DNA of 64,000 bases. Origin: Trichoplax adhaerens. Taxonomy: Eukaryota; Animalia; Placozoa. The DNA is taken from NCBI RefSeq assembly GCF_000150275.1, contig NW_002060970.1, positions 146,197 through 210,196 on the forward strand, written 5' to 3'. The translations under genes and the position numbers were made by a program. Positions 41,186 to 56,000 of the stretch are shown here, in pieces. Under the pieces are notes generated by a model. The model was not told the DNA's origin and did no database searches. It saw only the letters and a program-made list of their open reading frames with translations. Position 1 is the stretch's first letter; every line of letters starts with the position of its first letter.

Positions 41186-42838
41186 GTTAGTAAAGGCACT
41201 TTAAGAGATGGTATAGTTATAAACGCTTTACTTGAAGAATTTGTTTCCTAAGTGAAAGATATGACTTTAGAACGCAAACATTCTTTAAGCAGGTCAGCTA
41301 TTAGAAATATGTGCATATTCTAGTTTAAAATTTATATTTAGACTTTAATTTTAAAGATAGCTTTAATAAAAAATGTTATTGTAACTGCATCCTATCTGAC
41401 CAAATTTTGTTGGTATAAATAGAAAGATCAATCATTTCCAGAATACTGTCACTGTTTGGCATTTCCGATGGATAGCCCTTTATTACCTATGTGCAGATAT
41501 AATACAACATCAATTACCAAACAATATAACTTGTGGTAATAATAAGTATTGAACTATTTCTTGATCAACTGTATATAAATTATTACAAGTGTTCTTGCTC
41601 TACATTATCTATTTTAAGATTAAATATTGTTACTAGAACAATCTGAATATATTCAGATGCATGGAACAATTCCTGAAAGATAACATACTTCCAGAAATTC
41701 CGAAATTCCGTCATAAATCGCCTATTTTATTTGATAAAAGATCAAAGTTATTGTAACAAGAACAAGAATTATATTTAAAATATGGAATTGCTCAGAAATG
41801 TCAAATAAGTTGTTCAGAAAAAAAATTTAGAGTTATATTTACAGCTGAAAAAAGTTATTTATCGATTGCAGCAGTTATGTACGAATATACTCGTAATGAT
41901 ACAAATTACATACCCGTACTAATAGTTTATAATATTTTCGAAAATAAATTAATTTGCCTAGAAAGGAGTCTTATCACCAGTAAATTTTAGATCATAATTA
42001 AATTTTTAAAATTTCGTAAGTTAATTGATGATTTGATGTATTACAGTAGGATAATTAGCTTAAAATTAAAGCTATGGGATAAAATGAAAATAGTCCAGGT
42101 TTGTATGTTTGATTGGAAGATTTCGCAAATATCAATTTCTAGATGGCAATTACGGTACGTTTTTATGGTGACAGTTTTTACAGCAATTATTGGATTAGGA
42201 TATTGATTACAGGAAGTAAATTAGTAATGAAAGGCATCTGCCATAGCGCTTATATTATGGGAATGTAGTTATAAATAGGTCATGCAGTAGCAAATTCATT
42301 TTTAATCTTGCCATATAATTATCAGGATTGTTTCTCTAAGAATAATCCCGTAACTAATTTTTTTAAGAGGTAATTAGATTGACTGATGGATTTAGTCTTT
42401 GGTATTTATTAGATGAATAAAATTTATACAGAAAGTTGCAACCTCACAAGAAATTGTAGTACTTATTGTAATACTGCAAAGACTGCCTTAACTATCCTTG
42501 TACAACAGGAACTAACTCGGTACTTATAGCAAATTTACTTCAATTTGTAAGACTACTACCCCAGCCTTCGTTAACCAGGATCTTTACAAAGTGTACTCTA
42601 ATACTGTACATACAACATAGTATGAGATGTTTTACCCTTTTTATTGATCATTATCGCACTTATATATTCTATTTATTGTAATATACACATTTACTACGCT
42701 AGATATATTTTTTTAATAAATTATCAAGCTTAAGTTATCATAGATAGGTATTTGAGATGACCAATCTCATCCATAACTTTTCTCAACTACAAGCTTTGTC
42801 AAAGCTCCTATATTTTAAATACATAATTGGGATATAAT

Positions 42839-43280
42839 TGTCATAAACCAGCTTCGTGACAAGGATAACGTTAAACAAATTTCTAAATTACTATAGTCTC
42901 CGGGATTCAGTATTCCTTAACTACCTCACAAGAATTTAGACGCCTTTGATTCTACGTTAAACTCAACTAGACAATTGAGAACTGCTTTATTCAACTATCT
43001 GACGGGCTTATATACCCTTCTACAGCAGCTAACATTTACAAGTTATCTTATAAAAATACTTAAGTGAGAACATCTACTAACTAGTTTTTCACAGTCGGAC
43101 TGCAATATGTCCATTCACAGAATCATTTCAGTGCACATTACAGCACAGCATTAAATTTACTGTAACACATTTATAATTAGAGTAATTCCTATTGTAAGGC
43201 ACTAGATGTAATATATTATCACTATATTATATTAACCAAATTTAGATATCTATTTCTTCACGGTAGTTCGTACCGTAACA
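42839..43280 (-). mobile_element. Solo-LTR-like element, family C, ~440 bp
   Basis: TGTCATA...CCGTAACA termini. Near-identical inverted copy at 46195-46631. TSD not clean. Confidence 0.8.
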
Positions 43281-43868
43281 ATTACTATCCTATGATAGTT
43301 TCCTTGTGTAATACTGCCCCAAATATAGACTAGACTGCAACCCAAGATTTACCAGAAATATCCTGATTGCAGTTCGATTGTCTTTGTTAGTTGTAAGATG
43401 AACGTAATCGTATGTAATAAAAAGAAATTTATAAGAAACTGTAGTTCTTGTTATATTTTTGAAAAGACACTTTATCACATCTTGTTAACATCCTAAAGCA
43501 GCCGTTTATACTTATAACAGGTTCAAAAAATATTATCTTGATAAATATGAAAACACTAAATCTACATGCACAATTATAATTAAGAAATTATATCCAATAT
43601 ATCGATAGTATCGTACTAGTACATAGTTTTGCTATATGTTCAGTAAAACAAGGCCTACAAAATAAGCGGCCAGCTCATTGTACCAGTTATTGACCGCGTC
43701 TTATCCTTTTTTCACTTGTCGAGTAGCCCTTACCCGTAGCAATATAATTGTTGATATAGTATGATACTTTGGGAAATTGCATTCCTGAAACATATTGCAA
43801 TATTATTTATGCATGGATTACAAAAAGTAAAATAGGAAAACATTTAGTCTAAGACTATTGTAGATGAC

Positions 43869-44499
43869 TGCCACAAAACAGCTTTGCAACAAGATAACGC
43901 AATATACGATCAATAAGTCAATTCCTTGAACCACGTATCAAGGAACGATATCTGCACTATCACAAACACTTTTGCTCTACTAGCAGACTACACAAAGACT
44001 TAAACGCCTCCTATTTTACGTTAAACACTAAGTTGGAGAAATTCTCTTTATTTCACGATATACTGCGTTTATATACTATTCCTCAATACTTCATGATTCA
44101 TAGTTAATACAATTAACATTAGAATCATTTACTGAATTAGATATTAATTTTAGCTACTGCTCCCTTAATGCAGACAACAGTATTTACAAAAATAGACATG
44201 TAATGACTAATACAGAATAGTCAGATTACGATATGTCCTATCACGGAACATTTCCATGATAATTTACAATCTAGCATAAGTAAATTACAATCACAATGAT
44301 TGGAACTGTAAGTAGATGATTTGCATTCCCTATTATAACTATTAATTTCAGTATGTGTATAAGTGTCACTGTGATAAAAAGTCAGTGCTATATTAAAACA
44401 CAGTATATCCAAATTAGAAGTTAACTAAATAAGGATAGTCTAATAGAATTATCCTAACATAGATATTTCTACTGTAATACAGTATATAACACTGTAACA
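43869..44499 (-). mobile_element. Solo-LTR-like element, family B
   Basis: TG...CA termini with perfect TSD ATGAC. Reverse complement of 40557-41185. Confidence 0.85.
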
Positions 44500-46194
44500 A
44501 TGACATTGTAATGATTCAAGGTAAGATGACGGCAGCAGTCTATAGCAGATGAGTGATATTAAAGATATTCAATTTATGCTTTAAAATAATCAGGTGCTAC
44601 TAGAGAGCAATTGAAAATGTTAGCTAACTCTGTAGGTGGTATCAAAATACATCAGTAAGTGAAGAATGATTGGCTCAGAGTGAGGGATAATAGTCATGCC
44701 TAGATTGGAGTCTCTCACTTGAAAAAACCACTTGAAAAAAGTAGAAAGCTGTGTAAGAAAATCTACTGTAGAATATATTAGATTAAGCTCGAAGATAAAC
44801 TGCAAAATATGTTTACAAATATGTTGTCATAGAGGATACAAAAGACTCACTGCTATAAGAGGGAATTCAGTGTGAATCTAGCTGCATATTGATTATATGT
44901 CTAAGTTTCACTTCTAGCGTATTTGACAATAATTAAATAATAAACTTTTTTATCCGCTAACATTGGGAGATGATAATTGCTTGACTGTTCCATAGGAAGA
45001 ATAGAAATAGTCAACACTACACTTGACTATTATTTGACAACTATCTACGTAAAACGAAACCATAAGAAATAGTTATAATAATAGTAATTTGAAGTAGGAA
45101 ATTAATTTATTTAGGGACGACTTACTATGAATGCCATATTAGTACAAAGGATATTGCTTTGAGGTATACTGTCTGACTGCAAAATATCATATACCGATAC
45201 TAATATACTTTTTAAAGTGGTAGTAAGAAGCAACATTAACCACATATTAATGACAATAATTTGTATTCGCAATATAACAAAATTCTCAATTGCTCCTAAT
45301 CAAGCTCTCTATTTTATTTAAGAGAATTGCAGTCTAAAAGATCCGCTGCAAAGTTAAAGAGGATTTCTTTAATTAAAGAATAAAATGAGCCCCTAAAATG
45401 GCAAAACAACTATGATTTTATCATGTTTTATGGTGCTATCACAAATCCTAAGAATAAGTCATTTCCTATTATGATTGATAAAGTATTACAAACAGCAAAA
45501 AATCTGTTTTAATTTCTTTTAACAAACGCTTCTTTCTAGTCCATTCTAATTGCTACTGTTAGTATATAAGGGTATTGAACTTGGAATGAACAAATTGTGT
45601 TTTCATATATTTTTAAATGTTTATTATTATAGGTTTTTAAGGGAAATCTCTATCTATCAATAATGTGGAATGCCGCAAATTTCTAACCATCGATTATATT
45701 TCATAATTTGGCTTCAACTGCTATACGAGGAAACTGCATTTTATTTAATTAGCACTACGGTATTTTCCTGATAAGAATTTTAGGGTTATACACAATTTTT
45801 TCAATATCTACAGCATAGATTAGTTCAAAGATTTTCTAGTTTAAATTTTATTCACAATTTTTGGCGATAAGTGTTGGTAAGCGCTTAGAGGGTAGTCTGC
45901 AAGTATAGCAACGGACAGTGAGTTCAGTACTGTCAGATTCAATCATTGTAACTTTCCTCAAAATGTTTAAATTTCCTAAATTGTTTCTGTTAGTACCGAA
46001 TGCTTAAAAATCACGATTGAATAAAGCAATTATGGAGGCAAAATAAATCTATAGACTAGGGGAAAATAAAATGCTTATTAAATATTCTAAGATGCATTGA
46101 TGAACTCTTAATCCTCCTTTCAAGGATTAAATTATAGGTAAGAAAATAGAGGCCGTTTCTTTTGTTAAATGTAGATTTTCCAACATTATTCGAC

Positions 46195-46631
46195 TGTCAC
46201 GGTACGAACTACCGTGAAGAAATAGATATCTAAATTTGGTTAATATAATATAGTGATACTATATTACAACTAGTTACTTACAATAGGAATTACTCTAATT
46301 ATAAATGTGTTTCAGTAAATTTAATGCTGTGCTGTAATGTGCACTGAAATGATTCTGTGAATGGACATATTGTAGTCCGACTGTGAAAAATTAGTTAGGT
46401 AGATGTTCTCACCTAAGTATTTTTATAAGATAACTCGTGAATGTTAGCTGCTGTAGAAAGGTATATAAGCCCGTCAGATAGTTGAATAAAGTAGTTCTCA
46501 ATTGTCTAGTTGAGTTTAACGTAGAATCAAAGGCGTCTAAATTCTTGTGAGTAGGGATACTAAATCCCGGAGACTATAGTAATTTAGAGATTTGTTTAAC
46601 GTTATCCTTGTCACGAAGCTGGTTTGTGACG
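46195..46631 (+). mobile_element. Solo-LTR-like element, family C
   Basis: TGTCAC...GTGACG (CA mutated to CG) with perfect TSD TCGAC. TATATAA ~46462 and AATAAA ~46485. Confidence 0.85.
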
Positions 46632-48059
46632 TCGACTCAGTTCTAAAAGTTACAATTTGACAGCTCTAAAGATAATAAAAGCTAACTAAAGCTCTAAATT
46701 AAAGATAATTGAGGTACAATTCATAATGGATGATACCGTAAGAATGAATAAATGACAAAGATGGGCGTTAAATAATTCGTCGATATTTATGACTATGATA
46801 ATTTAATACAGTTGTTAATTAATTGACGCAATTAACCTGAAGCTAGAGAATGCTTACAAATTAAGCAATTTTCGGTGTTAAATTTTATTTACTTCTACGT
46901 TAGCAATACCACTTCCGCAAATAAATTGAATTTCCTATCGAATTTAAAATTGCAATTTGAAACGATGGGATACGACATAATCATGACATTCGTTACTGAT
47001 ATCAGTGCTTCTTAATTTTAGGCTATAATATCTGCAATATTATAGTTATAATAGGTACAAAAATGGAAAAGGAACGATGGAATTAAGCATTGAGTGAATA
47101 TTAAATACATCAGGGAGAATTCTCTTGGAATTCTGTTTTTCCATTTCATCGTTATTCTAAATAGAGTTTAAGAAAGGTTCTAAAACACAGTATGATAAAC
47201 TTGTACGTATGTTTGTAAGTAATTACAGATGGTATCTTGAATTTCCAATCAATTAGTTTGTCATTTAGTCTCAATTTTTACTGGTCGTTAAAGCGTATAT
47301 ATCAGCATTACACGCTAAATGAGAAATTTTATAATAGAATACTTTACTTAAGACTATAATATCAGAAGCAATAAACGCAATCAGATAGCTATCAATATTT
47401 TTTTAGCGATAACAATGTTAAATTTTAAGTTTAAGTTCAATTATGAAATATTAAATAGCTACGCGGACATCTGTTTAATCAATTTCAGCGATGTCAATAT
47501 TACAGCCATCCACCATTTATATTCAACCTTGTTCTGCTTCATTAACCATGTTAATTAATACTGTTGACGGTAATCCAATTCGTTGTAAAGCAATAAAACT
47601 GTTTATCACTAATGAGGTAGTAGAGTTACTTATAGTATTCTTATCATCCAGTTGAACACTAACACTTGGGTAAAGCATTCGCTTCTTCAGTAACCAGATG
47701 GTACTGATTTCAGCTAATTACAAAGCTGTAGTAACAAGAAAAAAAGAGTAATTATACTCTTCTAATATAGCTATACCCGGTATTTACAATATTACTAGTT
47801 GAATACCGGACACTTTCATGCTAAAGCCAGGATTGGCCTTTTTTAAGTTAATTAGATATCAACCTTTATCGTTAGAGCATTATGCGGAGATGTAAAACGT
47901 ATGTCAATCTGGTTCAGGCAAAGTCAAATCATCGACTCATTTTTAAACTACAAGAAAATATAATTTGAAAGCAATAATCTACTATATAGTTATTTATTAC
48001 CAAAGTAAATTATCATGACATGTACAATATAAGTTATAAATTAGAACTGGGTATATTAA

Positions 48060-48430
48060 AAGAGCAATTACTAACTAGTTTAGTCAGTTTGTATTTATCA
48101 CCTCGAATGAACCTATGATTGAAAGTGTAGCTTCTGAGTTAAGATGAAATATCTTAACCTAATACATTGGTTAAAATATGATCGATAATTGATTAATCCA
48201 ATACTAACATACTAAATTTAATAGAATTAAATTGTATCTAATCCGTACAAATAGATACTTTCTTCCGCATTTATTTTTGATTAATTGCTAAAATGTGAGC
48301 TAATTCGTATATTTAAACCAGTTTCAAGTACTTAAGCTTTTAGTATTGTATCTATGATTTCTAAGAAAGACCTATCCCTATATTATATCTCCCATTTTCT
48401 CTTAAGATTGTCTAGATTTTCACCAGCATG
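48060..48430. repeat. Diverged dispersed repeat, homologous to ~830-1260 in the same orientation
   Basis: See the partner copy. Alignment by eye only. Confidence 0.65.
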
Positions 48431-50018
48431 GCAGATTAACAATTATAGTTTATGATTACCTATTGAATGTATAATATCGTAATCGAAGCGAATATATTAA
48501 TCAGGGCTAAAATACAATAAGGCGTGATCAGTAAAATGCATTTATATTTCGTATTCATCATCATGTTTCTCTTAATTGCTCGTAAATCTATATAACTCGT
48601 ATAAAGATACATGGAGCTATGTAATTCTTCATGTTGATAGATTAACCAAATATATGTAATAAAAGTAATGCTTTAAAAGAAGTCACAGTTCTTTCTTCAA
48701 TATTTTGAAGACACTATATGATACAACCAATCATAAATGTATTCGAAATTCTATAATAATGAACTGTGCTATGATATACTGTAGATCTCACATATTTAAG
48801 CAGCGCTAGGAGATCCTAATATTTTTTTTATGACTTTTCTGATACTGAAAAGTCATTAAAACACATTCTACAACTACATCTCGCTTTAATTTGTGATTAA
48901 AGTCTTCACAAGAATAAATATGGTAATACGGATGTAGACTTTTAGATGTCACAAAATTACGTAAATTGTCCGTATGATTCCTCATTAAATGAGGGTTATC
49001 TGCACGGAAAATAATATAATTTTACAATTTAATTTTCAAGCATGAACAGGTTTAGGATTAATCAATATTATATTACATTGCTTCTAATTAGCTTTTAAAA
49101 CTCTTTTTTAATAAAATTCTAGTTGCACATCCTATTTCAGTAATCTCATTAGAAAGAAAATGTGTATATTTTCGAGTCTACGTCCTGTAGATGCAGTTCG
49201 CTGAACCTTCTGTGAGATTGTGCCGGTACTTTTTGTTATTAATGCACTTATTGCAGAGCATAATGCTAACTTTAAACATCTTTATGTATACAATACGTGT
49301 CAGCCAATTACTTCAGTTGAGATAAATCGAAATAAATCTTAGAAATAATTACTCGATTATAAAAATCTTCTTTAATGTAGTTATTCTTTGTGATCCTTAT
49401 TATTGTTTTTTTATTTAGCTAATATAAGGCATTAAAACATATAATTAAACAAAGTGGTAAGTTTCTTTGAGTTTGCCATAGAAAGCATGTAGTACGCACG
49501 GAAAAGCCTTGCTAACTTCTACATATTATTCATCAATTAATTTCTGATAGCTAGCCATGACTTGAAATAAACAGATTATTAGCACTTTAAGTATCTGAAA
49601 GTTTCAATTTCCAAAACACTCTGTTAAACACTAAATAAAATCACTTTTTTCAAAATGTACCAAGTGCCTACATGTCAAATTTGAAACTTTTAAATATTAT
49701 AAGTTCAATACAAAAACATACCAATGACCTTTTAATAGCTCGATAGCTGCTTGCATCAAATCATAAGTCATTAATCATGATAGCAAAATATTAATTAATG
49801 AAGCATGTAAACTATACATTAGTTATGATTGCAAGATATCAATTAACGAAGCACATAAACTATAGCATTTAAAATATCTCTACTTCGTGATTTAAAATGT
49901 AATATCTAACAAATACATTTAACCGTACATGTCATATATAGTATGACATGTATTAAGATATTGAAAGGGTGTCATGAAAACTCAAAGTAATGCATAGCAA
50001 GTCTACGCTAAAAGATCT

Positions 50019-53000
50019 TCATAAACAAGGAACGTGAGATTCCCACGTGGTGGAATCCGGTACGTCAAAACCCTAGTTTAAAAATGCAATAAAAAGGAAT
50101 AAAATCCTATATTTCTTTAAAAACATCAAAATTCATTATTCTAGAACATAATTCATTCTATATTAATTTTAGATAATTAAAGACAATTAGTTCTTATGGC
50201 AAAAATGAGCGACTAAGAGTTCAATCTTAGGATCCTATCAACTTCCCGAATTATGCCCGGCTACGTAAATTTTTGATTACTAAAGTAAGCCAGACAAACT
50301 CCATCAAAGTGATCTCGTTTGCAGGCAAAAGAGAATTTATCATACTTACCTTAAATTTTTGGACATTTTCAATTGTGTAGCTACCTATATAACGAAAGTC
50401 GCAACATGATTTTAGAATTAGTTCTTATGGCAATGTTTTAAGTTGTATTACATGCCCCATTAATCGCATAATTTTTTTGCAAAGAATCTTTAACAGATCG
50501 TATCAAAATGATTAAAACCTACCGTCCACTTCATCCAATTTCTTATTAATGTCATCTCTATGTATTTTTCTTCCTTTAGATGGTTTAGATGGATAAGGTG
50601 ACGAATTATAATTATCGGGACCATGCTATAAAATATTTAGGAAATGATTCAATCGGCTTGTAAAGGCAACTAAAGATTGATACTATATCTATCACAATCA
50701 AACTCTTTCCAACACGATTATTCTAATATAGCTATTTACTGCAGTACATTAATTTTGCTAAAAAACAAAAGGCCACAAGATTCTATAAATGAAATACACC
50801 TTCAGTTTCAATGAAAATCACCATTAGCATTTTATTCTATAGTAAATCTGTCTATGCGGAAGATTTCGAATATCATTTTACCTGTAAACTAGTCAGGATA
50901 TTTTTTCGCCTTAGGACAACTTTAAATACTGATTTCACCTAAATTATAAATTAGAAAATTGTAAATGCATATTAATCAAATAACTGCTTTAACACTAAAA
51001 ATGGCAGCTTGCAAAATTTAACTCGTTGCATAATTTGGCAGCAAGTGTTTATTAAAGACTTGATTATATTTAATATAGCTTTATCCTTATTAATAAATAT
51101 TAATATACTTAGCTGTACCTCAGAATTCAGAACACAGTGAAATATGAATATAAAAACACCCTATAGAATGCAGAGTAAACAGAAGAATAGATAAATATGT
51201 ATCTAGATATGCATTCAGAAATTAAGTATTAAATGAAAAGGTCTTCGCATCTTAAGGAAAATACGTCAACCTCTGAAGTACTTATATGCGATATATTTAT
51301 TTACTGTATATTTTATCACTGTGACTAACTATAAACATTATATAGTATAATCTGAATTAATTTACCTGTAAGGAATTGAGTACAACAAATATATACGAAA
51401 AGATGATCGTGTCAGGAGATACTGGAATTAGTCCAAATACCCAAGTAACACCTAGGATTGGAAACAGGATTGCAGTAGCCTTGACTATTGATCTGCATCC
51501 CAGACAATATAATCAACTATTATCAGTATTAAGTAAAGTAATAATCATTAATATCCAATAATTGGACCAAATATAATTCAGACAAATTAACATTTCCTTA
51601 CTTGGCCTTAATGTAGCTACACTTTTTAACCTTTTCACCTGCAACAGACGTGCTAGAATTGACAGTTATTCTAATAACCAGTGCCATAGTAATCAGATTG
51701 ATCTAGAAAATATCGAAAGAATAGCCTTATGAACTATATTTTAACGTTATAATTTTACTTTTGAATGATGATACAGCTTCTATGAATATTGAAATATTGT
51801 ATTCATGGGTCTATATTTTCAAATTTAAGGTATCGTAGAAATGTTTTACTTGTAACTGCAAAGGCGCTCATAGATCCATTAGGGCAATAAATAACGAAAT
51901 TTAAAGATTCTTTTAATACTAGCTATTTCAATGTCTATTGCAACCTAATCATAACTCATATTTTCACATCGATACTGCAAACAGCTGTTTCATACAAAAT
52001 ATTATAGGCTATTGCTTAATTACAACTTAGCCACAACGATAATTACCTTTGGTAGCTAATTTTAGATATTTATTGTATTACTTCTATTTTATTTAAACTC
52101 AGCACTTAGAGATTTCTAATCATGTCATTAGGGTATTAAACTTTAAACGATAACGCTACAACTGAACTGTTAGAGCTGTCCCTGTCCAAATATATCGTCT
52201 ATCGCTACAAGCGCAAATACTTTATTAATACTTATACAATTGCACGAAATCTTGCTATAGTGCACATACAATAAAGATAACTCCAATAGGTGTTATAAAT
52301 GACCAAATCATGCCATGATTATAAGATAACCAGCATCTAAAATATAGTAAATCATAAAATTAGAATACTTGAAATTGAAAGGTGAATTATTGAGTCCAAA
52401 TATCTTCGTATATCATTTTTATACCGATTATTGATCCCATAGTCTTCAAATCTTATCATAGATGTGACCCCCACAATCAGCAGAGGTAGTCCTTTAAAGT
52501 ATTAAAGACACATTTTTTAATGCTTCATATCAATAGTTAAATCCATCAAATTTAAATTAGGTAAATATCTTTAATATTGTTTCTATCTCAATTCTAAAGA
52601 CTGTACAAGTCTTTAGATATAATTATTTGACCATGAATTTTAGTTCTTATTTATTATAGACAAAATTCTCACTTTGTTTTACAAATTCTACTAAAATAAA
52701 TGCCATTAGCAATCTCTTACCCCAGCCCAGTGACAAATAAAATTTCATTTTACTTCTTTGGTTAAAAACAGCAATGATCACAAAATATAAATGAATTCCT
52801 TCTACCATCATCCAAGAAAATGCAGCCAAATAAAAGAAATGTAGTAAAATGCTGGTAATCTTGCAAGCAGCCTGTAAATAAAGAGCAAAGAAAATGTTAC
52901 AGTAGCTTTCAAGTTTAGCAGTGCATCAAAGAAATCATAAAAATGCTATTATTACAATCTTACTGCAACGTTAATTAATCTATCTCTAAGGCTTTATAAT

Positions 53001-56000
53001 TTAATAGATCACCTACCTGATATTTCGTTACATTCATGGCCAACATCAACGTACCTTGAGCCAAAAGAAGTGCAACCAACAAGTTTTTGTGTACCACAAA
53101 CCTTTCAGAATTCAATCTTAAGATACGCAAGAATAGTTTGAATAACCGTTTAATGACCAGCATAGCAATATAAATTATTGATTGTGCATACCTTAATAAG
53201 GTATAAACGGCTAATGTTAAAAAGATGAAAAATATAGAGCATCCCATCCCAATGACAGTAATAAGATCCAAATTTTCTAGATAAGTTCGTGTGTTGTTAT
53301 AATCTTTTGTGCTTTGCTATTGGCAAAATAAAAGATTAAAAGAGCTCTTTCTTAAAGCCTATAAATATTTAATGAATAATCTAGGCTTACTTTTATTGGT
53401 TGAACCATTAGGGCAAAATGGGTTAAATGATTGCATTGACAGACTGTATAAGTTCTGCTTCTGGCTACCGCGACACAGCCGCGCTGGGACCAGGCACTGT
53501 AAAAATGGAATTAAGTTAAACACACATAAAGTTTTAATTCCTCTACTTTGATACAATATTAAAAGGCTACAAGAAAATAGTTTAACGGTTTAAAAATAAG
53601 TAATCTACAATTATTAGGGTTTTAAAAACTCGTTTACGGTATTTAAGACTAGATAAAAATTCATTCATTCATTACGATTGATCGTATCGTAGTGCCATAC
53701 CGAGATGGAATTTCAAATTTAATGGTATAAATATAAATATACTACTTGTGAAGTAAATAGTTAGGATCCATAATTTCTCTCGTACGTACTGCGATTTTGT
53801 ATCCCAAAATACACAGACAACTTCTTGAAGAGATGATTCAATCTAAAACATTAAAGCCGATTTTTGGTGTTAGAATGCATGATATTTCTTGGCTCCTATA
53901 ATATGACCTTAAATATCAGATTAAACATAGCACTGCTGTAAGTTAAAATATGATATTTATATGTGACATTTCATGTTTACGAATAGCTCGATCTTGTCTA
54001 CATCTTGAATACCCACAGAAACATATTCTTATAACTGGGATAGTGAAAACGACTTAATATAAACATATACAATATTTTATGATTGCGATTAGCTCGATTA
54101 TTTCTACCCGTACAAAAATACTCTCATGACTAGGTTACTGGAAATAACATAATTTTAGTCAATATTTTATGCTTATGATTAACTGGATCCTTTTTAAATT
54201 TCTAGTCCCTAATTGATCATTATCCAAAGTATAGTAGATACGGAAAAAAAGGGGTCATGCAATCTATAATTTAAATATAATAAATGCTTAATGTTCTGAC
54301 TGTTCACTGCTTGCTTCACTACTCTGACAAGGAATTTTCTAGAATAGCAATCATATATTTCTTCTATTTCTAAATATTTAATAACCCTATTTATGAAATA
54401 GTAATAGAGTAAGAAATTAGCTCACCGCTTTATGGCTTAAATTATAAACAAAGTTTTGATCGGCTTCAAATCTTGGTGTCGGATTTATTGTACATAATAG
54501 AATCGCTGATAGAATTTCTTTAGAGCTGCAAAAAAAATATTTAGCTGCAATTATCTACAATGCTCCCGAAGCAATTTCAACTAAAAAAAATCAACAAAAC
54601 GTCCAGGAAAGCTTATACCCGTTGACGGTTACATTTCCAAAGTAACTTTCAAATCGTAGTATTCCAGAAACAATTACTAACTTTTCATTGACTATAATGG
54701 GAATATTTATAATTTAGGAAGTTTGTCTGAATATTTTTTGGCCAATATCATACTTGAGCAGAAAGCATGAAACAGTTACCGTCAAAAGAATTGGCTAGTT
54801 TGGGTATATTAAGCGAAGCTGCCACATTTAGTGACGTCGAAATTATGCTTTTAGTAAACTGATGATTATTGTGATATCGTGCAGGTTCGACAATAACTTC
54901 CATATCTGAAAAAGATCGCAAAATGAGTAAAGAGCTTTTACAATTATCCTTTTCAGATTAATAAAGCTAAAAGCTAAATGATTTTTGATATAGAAATCGA
55001 TGGTATAGTAGATAATTTCTTCATCAATACTTAATCATAAAGTGTCTTACCAATATCTGTCTCTTGGATGAATAACGATTGGCTTATATTGCATGCTTGA
55101 GTCAATGCTAACCCTAACGCATCTATATTACTTGCTGATTGTGAAATTACAGCCATTTGCTCACTCTGCAAAAAACAATGATAAGCGTTATTTTATCGCC
55201 AATCTGTCTTTTCTACTGGATGGATAATCTCTCAATATCTTGATATAAGCTCTTGATACTAACCCTTTCTTTATCGGTGAATAATTTTGGGCTGTTTTAA
55301 TCATCTGAAAATAATTCTAATGAAGATTGCGAGAAAAATAATTTTATAGCTCATGGTATCTAAGAATATGTTTTACTTATAGCGCATGTTGGACATTACT
55401 TTTATTTTTTAGTTGAACTAAATTTCAAAAATCTTACTTTTATTAGTCGAGTTTGACCAGTATTCTGACCACATATTAATTCGGTTTTTGTAATCATAGC
55501 GCTTACTAAATCTAATGCATTCACCAAAGCTTGACAAGAAATGTTGTTATTGACCTGGACAGATCTCTGAAAAGATATCAGCACTTCGTTGCCGTAGCTA
55601 GAATTAACGGTTTGATTACTTTCCTTTAGCTACCATATAATGAGAAGAAATGAAGAAATCGAGAAAATTTTATCCAATATGAAAAATTCTTGTAAGAATA
55701 GGAAACAATATTTCTAGATAGTTTGATCATTTTCAGCACAAATACCTGATATAAAGCAGTTTCGAACAGAACAAAACTTATGTTTTTCTTACTTCCAGAT
55801 ATAGTTGCGGGAAATAAAGTAGATTCATCTATCAATAAGTGAGTGGCATTATACATTAAACAATATTTTTTATACTTATTTAAATTAATGCTGCGACTCT
55901 TCTACAGATTAAATGATCGCATTTTAAAATGCTAAGCTCTACGGCTTAGTTGTCTTGATCTGTTCTTTAGCGGTATAACAGCTAACAGCAATTTGCGAAA

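Noticed and set aside
31204-44805. Assorted 60-85 aa ORFs in the intergenic region
   Set aside because: Composition typical of random AT-rich frames with no motifs; some lie inside the LTR-like repeats.
44507-45021. Possible additional TG...CA element (also one starting ~19841)
   Set aside because: No matching TSD or second copy found.
49926-49952. 11-bp-stem hairpin in the putative 3' UTR of gene 3 (and an 8-bp-stem hairpin at ~33486-33505)
   Set aside because: Short palindromes are expected by chance in AT-rich DNA, and there is no supporting context.
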